From: a virus
DNA: 64,000 nt
Strand: one strand, 5' to 3'
Virus record (IMG/VR): IMGVR_UViG_3300046535_001489
Coordinates: 6,715 to 70,714 of that record
Shown: positions 27,526-36,518 of the stretch, in pieces
Numbering within the stretch: the first letter of the stretch is position 1
How the letters are laid out: every line of letters begins with the position of its first letter
Program-made: the position numbers and the translations under genes
The notes under the pieces: model-generated
The model's input: only the letters and a program-made list of their open reading frames with translations
Database searches by the model: none
Told to the model about the DNA's origin: nothing

Positions 27526-27562
27526 AGAACCTCGTATAAGTTAATCTAGGATGCGTTATAAA

Positions 27563-27796
27563 TTACAACTCGTCAGAACCGGTGTCAGCCTCATCTTCTG
27601 GCACTTCTCTGTCTAAAAGCACTAGGAGTGAGCAATAGCCTCTTAAGACTCTACCTTGCTGCTTAGCAGCCCTCACAGCTCCTGATACAGCTGCTGAGGG
27701 GCTTCCAGCATCAACTTCTCCTCTATAGGTTAGCGGAGGCTGAGTCATCGATTCCCATGTTACAGCATACTTCCATTTCATAATCGTCGTTTTCAT
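27563..27796 (-). CDS. Hypothetical protein
   Basis: GGAG RBS. Confidence 0.5.
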   Translation of the reverse strand: MKTTIMKWKYAVTWESMTQPPLTYRGEVDAGSPSAAVSGAVRAAKQQGRVLRGYCSLLVLLDREVPEDEADTGSDEL

Positions 27797-28102
27797 CTCC
27801 TATAAAGTTAAGAATTTCCGTAAACTTATCAGCTAGATAATACCCACTTCCCCACAGTTCCCGGCACTCTAGCCCTTCAATTATTAGATTTAGGTCGTAT
27901 CGTTGCAACTTAATCTTCATATCCAGCCCTCCTAAACGCATCCTGCAACAACCCATCCAGCCACATCCTCACCTCCACAACCTCCTTAGCCTCTCTGCCT
28001 GCTTGCTCTCCACAAACGGAGGAGCAGCAGAGCTGGAACTTCAGATACGGTTGGAATACCCTTCGACACACCATGCATGAACTCATCAATTAGGCTCCGC
28101 CA

Positions 28103-28163
28103 AATTGTTCATGTTCAATTGTTCAACTATATACCCAAGTAATAGTTGAACACCGTGAACAAT
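28103..28163. repeat. AT-rich inverted repeat built from TGTTCA units
   Basis: TGTTCA three times followed by TGAACA twice, with TGTTCAACTA/TAGTTGAACA arms. Directly downstream of the helicase gene. Confidence 0.5.
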
Positions 28164-28194
28164 CCTACGAATTCTTAGTAAATCGGGGCGCACT

Positions 28195-29061
28195 TCAGCC
28201 CCTCCCCGATTGTTCTTTTAGAGACTTTACTAGCCTCCGAGAGGTGCTGAGGCTTACCCCAAACTGTTCCATCACGGCTTTATATGCCTCCATCTTTGGA
28301 AGAGTGGTAGGCAGGGCATTGATAAAGCTCACCTTCTCGTCCTGTTGGTTATCCAGTGTCCACGAGCCATTATCCAGCTGAACAATAGGAATCTCCTCTG
28401 GGGCATCTGAGCGGGCTTCGATGTAGAGTGCGCTCTTGCTCATGTTAATCAAGGCATCCACAGCCCCAGCAAATCCCGTGCTGCCCCGAATGCTCCCTGG
28501 CCCCACTTCTCCCACCTGAGCCTTCTTCTTATGGGCAATATACATCAATGCTGCTGGCTGAGTGGCCTCAATAAAGGACGAGTGGATCTCTTCCATGATG
28601 TCACTTTTGTCCTCATTTCCTTTGTGCATTCGCCTAATCGTATCGATAACGACCAAAATAGGTGACACACTGTCCACTTCTAGCCTCAGCCACTGCTGAC
28701 AGGCCGGGTAGCGAATATCGAAGTTCTTCGGCAAATCCTTCATTTCGCGGTCGATAATGAAAATCTCGTGCCGTGCCACGTCGGATTTGATGAGGCTCAA
28801 GTAGCCGGTTTTCCACAAGCTGCGGGGGGTATCCAGCTGAACAATAAGCACCCTGCCATGAGTTTGAATAGGTAAATCCAAGAAATGGCTGATGGCTGGG
28901 TCGGCAATTGCCTCGCACAACCCTAAGCTTAACAACGACTTACCCACTTTAGGCGACCCGAAAAAGCTCATGCTACCGCCTACTGGAATCAGCCCTTTCC
29001 AGATCCATACCGAGTCGTCAACATCGAGTTTTTCGTAGTCGCAGATGGGGAGGGCGGGCAT
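28195..29061 (-). CDS. RepA-type (AAA_25) helicase with a C-terminal HTH
   Basis: WIWKGLIP, GSPKVGKS, VVIDT, IAHKKK and RGSTGFAGAVD; C-terminal QFGVSLSTSRR. Confidence 0.88.
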   Translation of the reverse strand: MPALPICDYEKLDVDDSVWIWKGLIPVGGSMSFFGSPKVGKSLLSLGLCEAIADPAISHFLDLPIQTHGRVLIVQLDTPRSLWKTGYLSLIKSDVARHEIFIIDREMKDLPKNFDIRYPACQQWLRLEVDSVSPILVVIDTIRRMHKGNEDKSDIMEEIHSSFIEATQPAALMYIAHKKKAQVGEVGPGSIRGSTGFAGAVDALINMSKSALYIEARSDAPEEIPIVQLDNGSWTLDNQQDEKVSFINALPTTLPKMEAYKAVMEQFGVSLSTSRRLVKSLKEQSGRG

Positions 29062-29223
29062 CTAAAATACCGTCATAGTGCCGTGAATTTGGCACTTATT
29101 ACAAACAGTACAAAACCGCTCTTGATAAAGATCCATTGTGCCCTCCTTTAACTTCCACGGTCCCCAATTATGAAATATCCAAAAATGCATATATCTCCTT
29201 TAAGCCGTTACTAAAGCAGGTAT

Positions 29224-29400
29224 CTAAAAGTCCATCTTGTCATGAATCCAATCAAGGTCTGATTGCATATCCTTAATCTGCGCTAAAAGGGGCTCGACAT
29301 CTTCCCATCTGCACCAAGCTCCGATTGGAGATTCTTCAATATCTATATTGTAATTATAATCTCCTACAATAACTACTTCTTCAATTTCGTATCGTTTCAT
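29224..29400 (-). CDS. Hypothetical protein
   Basis: MKRY...ESPIGAWCRWEDV, a common small phage motif. ATGA coupling. Confidence 0.55.
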   Translation of the reverse strand: MKRYEIEEVVIVGDYNYNIDIEESPIGAWCRWEDVEPLLAQIKDMQSDLDWIHDKMDF

Positions 29401-29999
29401 GCCACCACCAACACATTCACCGGCCACGCAATCCCCATCTCCCTCTTCGTCACACTCGCCCACGCCAGCGGCTTCGCAATCGTCTCCTCCAGCAGAAACA
29501 CAAACCCCTCAATCTCTGGTGACTCCTCTAGCTCAGCCTTGACTGAATCAAACAGCTCCTGGTCGGTAAATCCAGCCTTCGAGGTAATCTTCGTCTGCCC
29601 ACGATTCACAATCAACCCGCTGCCAGTCATAGGACTCACACATAGCATAAACGGCTCCTCGCATTGCATGGGGTTGCCTTTGATGTTTGGCCCAAAGGCT
29701 TCGTAAATGCCATCGTTGAGCTTGCCGCCGGGAGCGACCCGCTTAGCATTCACATAGGCAATATGCAGCAGCATATCTTCAGCTGGAAAAGTGTCAACGT
29801 CGAGCTGACATAGAGCAGCATCAGGGTCTGGGGGTGCTGGATACCATCGATATGGCAATCCTTTCTGCACTACCACTTGTACTCCATCTAGCTTAATCGT
29901 CAGCAATCCCTGCTTTTCTCTCATCCAGGCTGACTCAGGATTAATCTGAGGCACAGCCATGCCACTGGCATCCCTCACAAACAACGGTACGACTTTCAT
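29397..29999 (-). CDS. RNA ligase-like nucleotidyltransferase (DUF5565-like)
   Basis: MKVVPLFVR, TIKLDG (KxDG adenylation motif), DGIYEAFGP.I.GNP and IEGFVF. Confidence 0.65.
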   Translation of the reverse strand: MKVVPLFVRDASGMAVPQINPESAWMREKQGLLTIKLDGVQVVVQKGLPYRWYPAPPDPDAALCQLDVDTFPAEDMLLHIAYVNAKRVAPGGKLNDGIYEAFGPNIKGNPMQCEEPFMLCVSPMTGSGLIVNRGQTKITSKAGFTDQELFDSVKAELEESPEIEGFVFLLEETIAKPLAWASVTKREMGIAWPVNVLVVA

Positions 30000-30202
30000 T
30001 TTGAATGATACTCCTCAGAAATTGTAAATTCAGGACTGCTGCATAGGCCATTGCAGCCATGAGCACCCATCCAATTTTTCCAGCTATTTGGATGTAGAGC
30101 CTCAGATAATAGCTTAGATGGATGCCCGCAGCCTTTTGGGTCTATAAGCTCTACCCTAATGCCATCTTCCCGTATAATCATTGGCCATATTGCTTTTGGC
30201 AT
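29996..30202 (-). CDS. Hypothetical protein
   Basis: GCGHP...HGCNG.C. GGAG RBS. Confidence 0.55.
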   Translation of the reverse strand: MPKAIWPMIIREDGIRVELIDPKGCGHPSKLLSEALHPNSWKNWMGAHGCNGLCSSPEFTISEEYHSK

Positions 30203-30222
30203 GTTTAACTCCTGAAAAACTC

Positions 30223-30332
30223 TGACCCACCCCGTCCTAGATCCCCCACCTAGGATGCCTATGGCTTTCGCCTCATATCAACTTCACCCCCGAGGATAGT
30301 TTGTTGGCTATCTTGCTCGGCAGAGTGGGTCA
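30223..30332 (-). ncRNA. Candidate structured RNA (four-way junction with a GAAA tetraloop)
   Basis: TGACCCAC/GTGGGTCA closing stem enclosing three hairpins, including GGC-GAAA-GCC. Confidence 0.5.
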
Positions 30333-30337
30333 TTCTC

Positions 30338-30446
30338 TTTGATAGCCTACGAACCTGAGTCGCTGATTTGCACAGCATTAGGTATGGCTAACCCGGCCTT
30401 TCTAATCGGCCCATTCTCAGCAGTACGTCTACGGTAGGCTATCAAA
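30338..30446 (-). ncRNA. Candidate structured RNA with a T-loop-like hairpin
   Basis: 13-bp closing stem TTTGATAGCCTAC/GTAGGCTATCAAA; inner CTGAG/CTCAG, ATTAG/CTAAT and GCTG-TGCAAAT-CAGC. Confidence 0.5.
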
Positions 30447-30460
30447 CTTGTTAAAAATAG

Positions 30461-30515
30461 TGGACCGGCCTAGACTCGAACTAGGTTATTCCGGAAGACC
30501 CCACGGTCCCGGCCC
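30461..30515 (-). ncRNA. 55-nt tRNA-like RNA lacking an anticodon arm, with alanine identity elements
   Basis: GGGCCGG/CCGGTCC-A acceptor stem with G3-U70; GACC-GTGG-GGTC; T arm CCTAG-TTCGAGT-CTAGG. Confidence 0.7.
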
Positions 30516-31050
30516 AAATTAATCTGGCTCCCGTAAGAGCAATTGGGATTTTAGCCACCTGGATCACACCCTCATCTCTTCCTTACCTGTGGCTACGACG
30601 GTAGCAAAACTTTATCGACAGTTATGAATCACTACTGATGAGCTTTGATAGCTGACATACCACACAGCCATAGCCACATAAGCAGCTAGGCAAAGCGTGC
30701 TGCCGAGAATGAATTTAGTCATACACTCGTTCCTGTAATGAATTCGTAGTCGCCGGGGAACTTGAGGTTGTCGTTGGCTTCAATGAGCCACTCGTTGACA
30801 ATTTCATGGGCGTCAAATTCTCCTTCGCCTAGAGTATAGCCATAACTGGAGTCGTCAACAGGTACAATAAACTTCACAGTAACTTCAACTTTAGTCACAA
30901 TCATCCTCATAATCCCAATCGCTGGGCTTCGTTGGGGCCACGATAATCTTCTCATGGCAGGTGCAAGTGCAGCGAAATCGCTTGCCCCCAGCATCAAAGA
31001 GATGCTCCGGGCAGGAGTCGTGTTCGTTTGAATAACATAGACCGCTTAGT

Positions 31051-31434
31051 TTACTCATGTCGATTATCTCCTACTTCGTCACTAATTTGATACACACCAG
31101 CATCAACATCTCTAAGAGGATGGATACGCTTTCTCAATTCATGTAGCCTTTCAGCGTTCGACTTCGCTCCACCATAATACAAATACTCATCCAAGCTCAT
31201 CTGCAACGCATGTAGCTCAGCAATATCAAACCCCTTCTTGATGAGATGCAGCGCAGCTACATTCGCCTGGCGGAGCTTCCGGCGCTCAACACCAATCATT
31301 GCAGCAGCAGCACCTTCTTCAGAGGTGAATTCGTGGGCTTTGCCGGTAGCGTGGGCGGCTTGTCCACCTTTTCTGGATAATTCTTTGCGGCGGCTCTTTG
31401 AGGCGCTACCGAAACCTCTATCCTTCGTTGACAT
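31051..31434 (-). CDS. KGG-repeat (YciG/Con-10-like) stress protein with a C-terminal extension
   Basis: RGFGS...KELSRKGG.AAH..GKAHEFTSEE. GGAG RBS. Confidence 0.75.
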   Translation of the reverse strand: MSTKDRGFGSASKSRRKELSRKGGQAAHATGKAHEFTSEEGAAAAMIGVERRKLRQANVAALHLIKKGFDIAELHALQMSLDEYLYYGGAKSNAERLHELRKRIHPLRDVDAGVYQISDEVGDNRHE

Positions 31435-31762
31435 AGGGCAATTCTCCAATCCGCTTTTCACCAGATTCAACCGCCAAGTTAACTGCGTTAGCCCCGTAGG
31501 AAGCAATAATGCTTGTCCACGCTGCGTTTAGACCTAGTTCAATACCATATTGACGTTCAGCGGCAGCATTAAGATCCCTATACTTTCGTTCTTTTACGTG
31601 TTCGTCTTCATCAATACCACCTGAAAACCCATAGATGGAATTCATTTGGGATTCTAACTCTCCTCTCATTTTACGACACTCAGCGATTCGACGCTTGAAA
31701 TCAATGTAGATTTCATATATGGGGTTTGAAGCTGAACCGAAGCCACGGTCTTTAGTGCTCAT
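31418..31762 (-). CDS. Hypothetical protein sharing its first 12 aa with the downstream KGG gene
   Basis: MSTKDRGFGSAS followed by unrelated helical sequence. Confidence 0.55.
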   Translation of the reverse strand: MSTKDRGFGSASNPIYEIYIDFKRRIAECRKMRGELESQMNSIYGFSGGIDEDEHVKERKYRDLNAAAERQYGIELGLNAAWTSIIASYGANAVNLAVESGEKRIGELPYVNEG

Positions 31763-31864
31763 TATCGACCATTCCCGCATTTAGCACATCGAGAGTCTTC
31801 GTCTTTATTTAGCGCGCTACAAATAGAACAACGCCAAGCCCAGCTCATGAAAAATCTAATATAT

Positions 31865-32074
31865 TTAATCATTATGATACTCCCAGCTCCAATCTACAGC
31901 AGCATTTAAGTAGTCGTCAGTATTTTCTAAATACCATTTAAGCTGCCGCAGTATTCCTACCTGCGCCTCAAATGCAATTTTACTATTACCTATTAAGTTA
32001 CTATGAGGTGTATTCTCTACCCAAGCAATAAATTTATTGACTCTAGTAGAGTAATTGTTATCCTCAACATTCAT
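31865..32074 (-). CDS. Hypothetical protein (AT-rich)
   Basis: GGAG RBS. Confidence 0.45.
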   Translation of the reverse strand: MNVEDNNYSTRVNKFIAWVENTPHSNLIGNSKIAFEAQVGILRQLKWYLENTDDYLNAAVDWSWEYHND

Positions 32075-32158
32075 TTTAGATAATCTCCTGCCACGAATTA
32101 AAAAGCGGGGGCCTCACACCCCCTCGGAGGTTGACCTCTGACAACCTCTAAGCAGCAT

Positions 32159-32287
32159 TTTGTAGGAGATTGGCGTGTTGGTGAAGACGCCTGCGTTTTA
32201 CGTTGCCCACTGTGCTGCCTAACCATACTCATCTCAGCAGCTACACCCGCTCCGTATCGCTACACCGGGTAGGCTCTCTCCTACAAA
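32159..32287 (-). ncRNA. Candidate multibranch structured RNA
   Basis: TTTGTAGGAGA/TCTCCTACAAA closing stem with internal hairpins (ACCCG/CGGGT, GCTG/CAGC, GGCGT/ACGCC). Confidence 0.45.
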
Positions 32288-32290
32288 CTT

Positions 32291-32725
32291 TTAGAGCAAC
32301 TGCCCCCGCACGATGTTTGTATCGTCAGCAATGTAAAGGAACCCAGCCTTCGCGCCGCTCACGATATCCCTTACCTTCCCGAACTGCGACGTCATCTTCA
32401 CTACCGTAGCCGCACCATACTTCGATTCAAAGAAATCCCCAGGCTCGTGGGTTTCCTCAACCTCAGCAACCTCCACAATCTCCAACTCTCCATCACCGCT
32501 CACCCGGAGAACCGAACCAACCGGAAGCTCCGCGACCGTCGAATTGCCCGTCGTGAACGTATAGCCGACATCAATAGCACTCATCTGACCCTCCTCTTTA
32601 CCGATAAAGGCAGCTACATCAGCAGGATTGCTGGATGCTCTGCGCGTTGCAACGCTTTTGGAATATTCAGGATACTCATCTTCTTCGAGGTCGTCATACC
32701 ACATATATGCAGCTTGCATGTTCAT
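32291..32725 (-). CDS. Hypothetical protein
   Basis: Strong GGAGG RBS. Confidence 0.55.
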   Translation of the reverse strand: MNMQAAYMWYDDLEEDEYPEYSKSVATRRASSNPADVAAFIGKEEGQMSAIDVGYTFTTGNSTVAELPVGSVLRVSGDGELEIVEVAEVEETHEPGDFFESKYGAATVVKMTSQFGKVRDIVSGAKAGFLYIADDTNIVRGQLL

Positions 32726-32743
32726 TTAATCCTCCTGCAACTC

Positions 32744-33838
32744 CTATGCCGTCACCATCGTTCCGCGCCTCTCCAACCACGTCAGATGAGCTGGATTGTG
32801 GCACGCAACTATCGGACATCCCATCGTTGTACACCTATGTTCCATGACTATGCCATTGACGACTTGGGTATCGATAACCGAGCCAAACTGCATGGTGGCA
32901 TAGTTATTGTCGTTTGTAGCCACTGCTGTTGTCTGCTTCGATGCAGTGGAATTCTTCGCTCCTGGCACATCAGCCAGCGCCGCCTCAATATCAGCAGCCA
33001 AATCCGCTACATCAGCTTCTCTACCCTCATACACCGCCAACGCATGCTCAAACCTCAACTTATCCACATACAACTCATGCAAATACTGCTCCTGCTTCAA
33101 ACTCTCCACAGCCTTTTTGCAATGCTCCTTTCTCACATGTTCTATTGCTCCCCAGTAGTCCTCCACTCCGGCAGTAATCATCAGTGCACACAGTGCTGTT
33201 CCAGTGCGCCCATGACCCCCATGGCATGCTATCACTGTTTTAGCTGGCAAAGCTTCCCATAAGTGCTGCCAGAAATCCAGCTCAACCGGGGGGATTCCCA
33301 TATCGGTCCAATCCAAGCTCAGCAATTGAGCAGTCATCACTTGGGGTTCGGGTTTGGGCACAAAGGATTCGAGCTTCTCCAACAGCGCCTTTGGCACTGT
33401 GCTAAGCGATCTTACAAACTTAGACGACGTATCACTCTTTGGCCGCACATTTCCAGCAAGGTCAATAATGAGATTCCACTGATCAGAATACTCCTTCAAC
33501 CCCTGCCAGCTCGAAGCATAGAGAGCTTTGCCTTCGTGCTCAAAGACAACTTTACTTCCAGTGTGGTCACAGGTTGGGCCAGAGATATAACCACTATTAC
33601 CACTATAACTATAACCATTCGGCCATTGATTATTTGACTGCGGCACATTTGCCCCACCCTGCCATCCACCCGCCGCTTTACTCCCTTTCTTCACCAACAT
33701 CGGTAGTTGTGTTGCCATACTCTCCTCTAGCATTTCTGCTTCTAGGTAATTCTGAATCTCATCCATTGAAGGGTCTAGGAATGCACGGCCCTTTGCAGCC
33801 TTAGCCACTTTCGCCTTCTTTTCGCGCCTACGCCCCAT
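32744..33838 (-). CDS. Protein-tyrosine / dual-specificity phosphatase-like protein
   Basis: WTDMGIP (WPD-loop equivalent), ACHGGHGRTG (CX5R) and AVESLKQEQYL (Q-loop). Start set at ATG 33838 after GAGG. Confidence 0.85.
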   Translation of the reverse strand: MGRRREKKAKVAKAAKGRAFLDPSMDEIQNYLEAEMLEESMATQLPMLVKKGSKAAGGWQGGANVPQSNNQWPNGYSYSGNSGYISGPTCDHTGSKVVFEHEGKALYASSWQGLKEYSDQWNLIIDLAGNVRPKSDTSSKFVRSLSTVPKALLEKLESFVPKPEPQVMTAQLLSLDWTDMGIPPVELDFWQHLWEALPAKTVIACHGGHGRTGTALCALMITAGVEDYWGAIEHVRKEHCKKAVESLKQEQYLHELYVDKLRFEHALAVYEGREADVADLAADIEAALADVPGAKNSTASKQTTAVATNDNNYATMQFGSVIDTQVVNGIVMEHRCTTMGCPIVACHNPAHLTWLERRGTMVTA

Positions 33839-33849
33839 TGAGAATAACC

Positions 33850-36063
33850 TCACTTTTTGACTACGAAAGGAAGTTGTTTGCCATCGTGCCATACAGCGGT
33901 GATAGTGAAGTTTGTGTCGTAATGTGCTGCGGTTGCGAGATAGCTTTCTACGATGTAGTTTACACCTTTTTCACTATTCGGATATGCCGGATAATACCCC
34001 CCAGCATCTGATGAATAGCTGCCTTCAGCTCCATAATCTTGCAGGGGCTTCAGAAACTCCTGCACATTCTCCACAGCAACCTGCACCGTTCTCGAAAAGT
34101 ACCCAATCTCCCCTACAGCAAACTGGAAATGCATGCTCACTATATTCCCGGACTGAGCTTCATATCTTACATGAATTTTAGTGACTTTGTGCTCTATGGG
34201 ATTGTAGACGATCTTTGAGAGCTTTGTTGGGCCACTTGGGTTATCTGGCTCAACAGCTAGAGGTTCTTCTTCTTTAGTATCCTCAATCTCCATTGGTTTA
34301 TCATCGATAATTTCAATGATGTCGTCGTCAGACTCATCACTATCATTAGAGTCTTCTTCAGGCAACTCACGGCTCATTCGCTCAGCAACCACAATCGGCT
34401 GCTGAAGCTTATACTGCTCCACAAGCTCAGCCGCTCGTGGATTCGTAAACTCCTTTGCTACCTGCAACGCTGCCCAACCTGCTTCGGCAATAATAGTTAG
34501 ATTCTGCTCAGCAGCATAGGTAAATGTCAGGTCGTCCCCAGTAAACTTATTCATCCACCAGCCGTTATTATGTGCTTGATTCACAGCTAGATTGAGCTTT
34601 TCTGTCATGGCTAGCACATTAGCATGTGTTGGCCAGCGAAGCATCTCCAAAATAGCCGTATCCAACTCAATCAATGCTGCTGTACACTTTCCCCACTCTT
34701 TACCACCATAACCCTGTGGCCACGAGTCATACACAAACGCTTCGTGGGCAATTTTTAGCATCTGCCGGGATGAGAAGAACTGTTTGAAGGAGAGCTGATA
34801 GATATTACTTCGTAGAGTTGTTGTTCCGCCCCCTCCAGGCCGATGCCTTGCTTCTCCATGAGCTGCAGCCAGTCCCATTCTCAGCATCACTGCAGCACTA
34901 ACCCCCAACCACACCCCATACCCATTGCTCATTGCAGGGGCATTGTGGAGCGCCACGAGCATCAGTTTGATGGCTTGGGCTCTCTCAGACCTATCGCTAT
35001 CACTAAAATCCAGCACCAACCCAATCCCCAAACCCCTCATCACCGCTTTAGGATCTGGAGGTCGAATGTCGGCTTTAGGCTCCTTCTCCAGCCATTCCCC
35101 AACCACTGGCATTCTCGATGTCATAATGGGGATTCGATTGAGCAGACAATGCACCCCATAGTGGGATATCACACTCCCGCCAAGATGCACCACAACTGTG
35201 CCTTGCCGAATCTCAGCTGTTTGGGATTCCCACAGCTGCAAGTCCCCCGAAGCCTCAAGAATCCTCTCCACCTGCACACGCTGAGGAATGTAGTCTCGCT
35301 CAATCCCAGCAATCTTAGGGCCTGCGCGGAGTTGGGTGAAGTGCCAACTATTCTTTCGCACTGCTTCAACATATGGTGAGCTATCCTCGCCCACCCCTGC
35401 AGCACGAATTACAGCTTCATCCAAATCCCCAAACGGCGCACCGATAAGTGGAAGCTCAATCGACTCATGCCCCGAAGTGGCCCCATCATGCCCTACACCT
35501 ACTGAAATTTTGTAGGGAGTAATAACTGCATTTGCAGTGGCTCCTTCGATCAGCGGGCACAGCAACACTTCAGCATGTGGATCTGCGGCTTGGGCTTCAT
35601 GAAAGATAGCTCGCAGAGCTTCTTTATCGTTTTTAGCCACAGGCCGGCTGTCAACAAAGCCATGCCGGGGTCGCTCGGGGCACGGTCTGGCGAAGTAGGG
35701 TGGAGAATATATATAAGGACTCGATGCCCCTACAATAATATCAATATCCCCCTCTTCACCGATGATATAGTAGGGTCTGGGCACAGTCAAACTACTCTTA
35801 TGGGCAAGAGTAATATACCCTCTAGACTTCTGCGTGCGAGGCTGCACGAATCCTCTATTCACCGCAGCTGTACGGCTATCAATACTCTCCCCAACTGCAA
35901 CGCATTCACTCTCCTCACATATATGATGAATCTCGCAAAACGGCTCCTTGCACAAAATACACAGAGGCTCGACTTTGACTTTCGGCACATCTCCCTCCAC
36001 TGCTGGCGAATTAGGCAGATACTTCTTCGAGAGTTGGGCTAGCGTTTGCGGGCTGAGAGCCAT
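33850..36063 (-). CDS. PEP-utiliser / PPDK-like phosphotransferase (degenerate ATP-grasp, His swivel, helical domain)
   Basis: FARPCP.RPRHGFVDSR, FTQLRAGP and GGSVISHYGVHC..NRIP (swivel His); GEARH, GYGGKEW and AHNNGWWMNKF. Confidence 0.6.
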   Translation of the reverse strand: MALSPQTLAQLSKKYLPNSPAVEGDVPKVKVEPLCILCKEPFCEIHHICEESECVAVGESIDSRTAAVNRGFVQPRTQKSRGYITLAHKSSLTVPRPYYIIGEEGDIDIIVGASSPYIYSPPYFARPCPERPRHGFVDSRPVAKNDKEALRAIFHEAQAADPHAEVLLCPLIEGATANAVITPYKISVGVGHDGATSGHESIELPLIGAPFGDLDEAVIRAAGVGEDSSPYVEAVRKNSWHFTQLRAGPKIAGIERDYIPQRVQVERILEASGDLQLWESQTAEIRQGTVVVHLGGSVISHYGVHCLLNRIPIMTSRMPVVGEWLEKEPKADIRPPDPKAVMRGLGIGLVLDFSDSDRSERAQAIKLMLVALHNAPAMSNGYGVWLGVSAAVMLRMGLAAAHGEARHRPGGGGTTTLRSNIYQLSFKQFFSSRQMLKIAHEAFVYDSWPQGYGGKEWGKCTAALIELDTAILEMLRWPTHANVLAMTEKLNLAVNQAHNNGWWMNKFTGDDLTFTYAAEQNLTIIAEAGWAALQVAKEFTNPRAAELVEQYKLQQPIVVAERMSRELPEEDSNDSDESDDDIIEIIDDKPMEIEDTKEEEPLAVEPDNPSGPTKLSKIVYNPIEHKVTKIHVRYEAQSGNIVSMHFQFAVGEIGYFSRTVQVAVENVQEFLKPLQDYGAEGSYSSDAGGYYPAYPNSEKGVNYIVESYLATAAHYDTNFTITAVWHDGKQLPFVVKK

Positions 36064-36430
36064 TAACTTTCTCCTTCTTCTTCAAATCCCTATGCTCAAT
36101 TTCCACATCCCAACCATTTTCACGGCACTGCTGAGCAATAATCTCCACAATCGCTACAGAACGATGTTTGCCGCCTTGGCAACCGATAGCAGCTGTGTAG
36201 AAACCAAGACTTAGCTGTGTCATAGCTTTATTGATAATCACCTGCGCCCCCGCGCACTTCGTCACAAATGCCTGGACATCAGAGTCAAGCCCATTGAGCT
36301 TTCGCAGCTTTGGATGCCGCCACGGGTTACGAACAGTTTTGCGGGCATCGTGGACTCTTGTGAAGCTGCTATTTGAGATTTTACCATTCTTGTAGGCAAA
36401 CGAAATGAGCTTGACTTTCTTCGCTTCCAT
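36011..36430 (-). CDS. Stand-alone RapZ C-terminal domain protein
   Basis: LISFAYKNG, DAR...RNPW..PKLRKLNGLD.DV and AIGCQGGKHRSVAIVE...IEHRDL. Confidence 0.85.
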   Translation of the reverse strand: MEAKKVKLISFAYKNGKISNSSFTRVHDARKTVRNPWRHPKLRKLNGLDSDVQAFVTKCAGAQVIINKAMTQLSLGFYTAAIGCQGGKHRSVAIVEIIAQQCRENGWDVEIEHRDLKKKEKVNGSQPANASPTLEEVSA

Positions 36431-36460
36431 TTTTACTCCTTTGTTATAAGGTAAATATCC

Positions 36461-36518
36461 AATACCCTTTAGTCAGCCCTCCACTACATTTGAGTGAAAG
36501 GGCTGAGTGAAAGGTATT
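36461..36518. other. Long imperfect hairpin (possible RNase III-type processing site)
   Basis: AATACCCTTTAGTCAGCCCT pairs imperfectly with AGGGCTGAGTGAAAGGTATT. Confidence 0.45.

Noticed and set aside
30338-30446. TPP riboswitch (GCTGAGA on the minus strand)
   Set aside because: The downstream CCTGA...AGCGTAGGGA core is absent.
30461-30490. attP copy of a host tRNA/tmRNA 3' end
   Set aside because: The matching 5' acceptor strand is present and no integrase is seen in the window. Not fully excluded.
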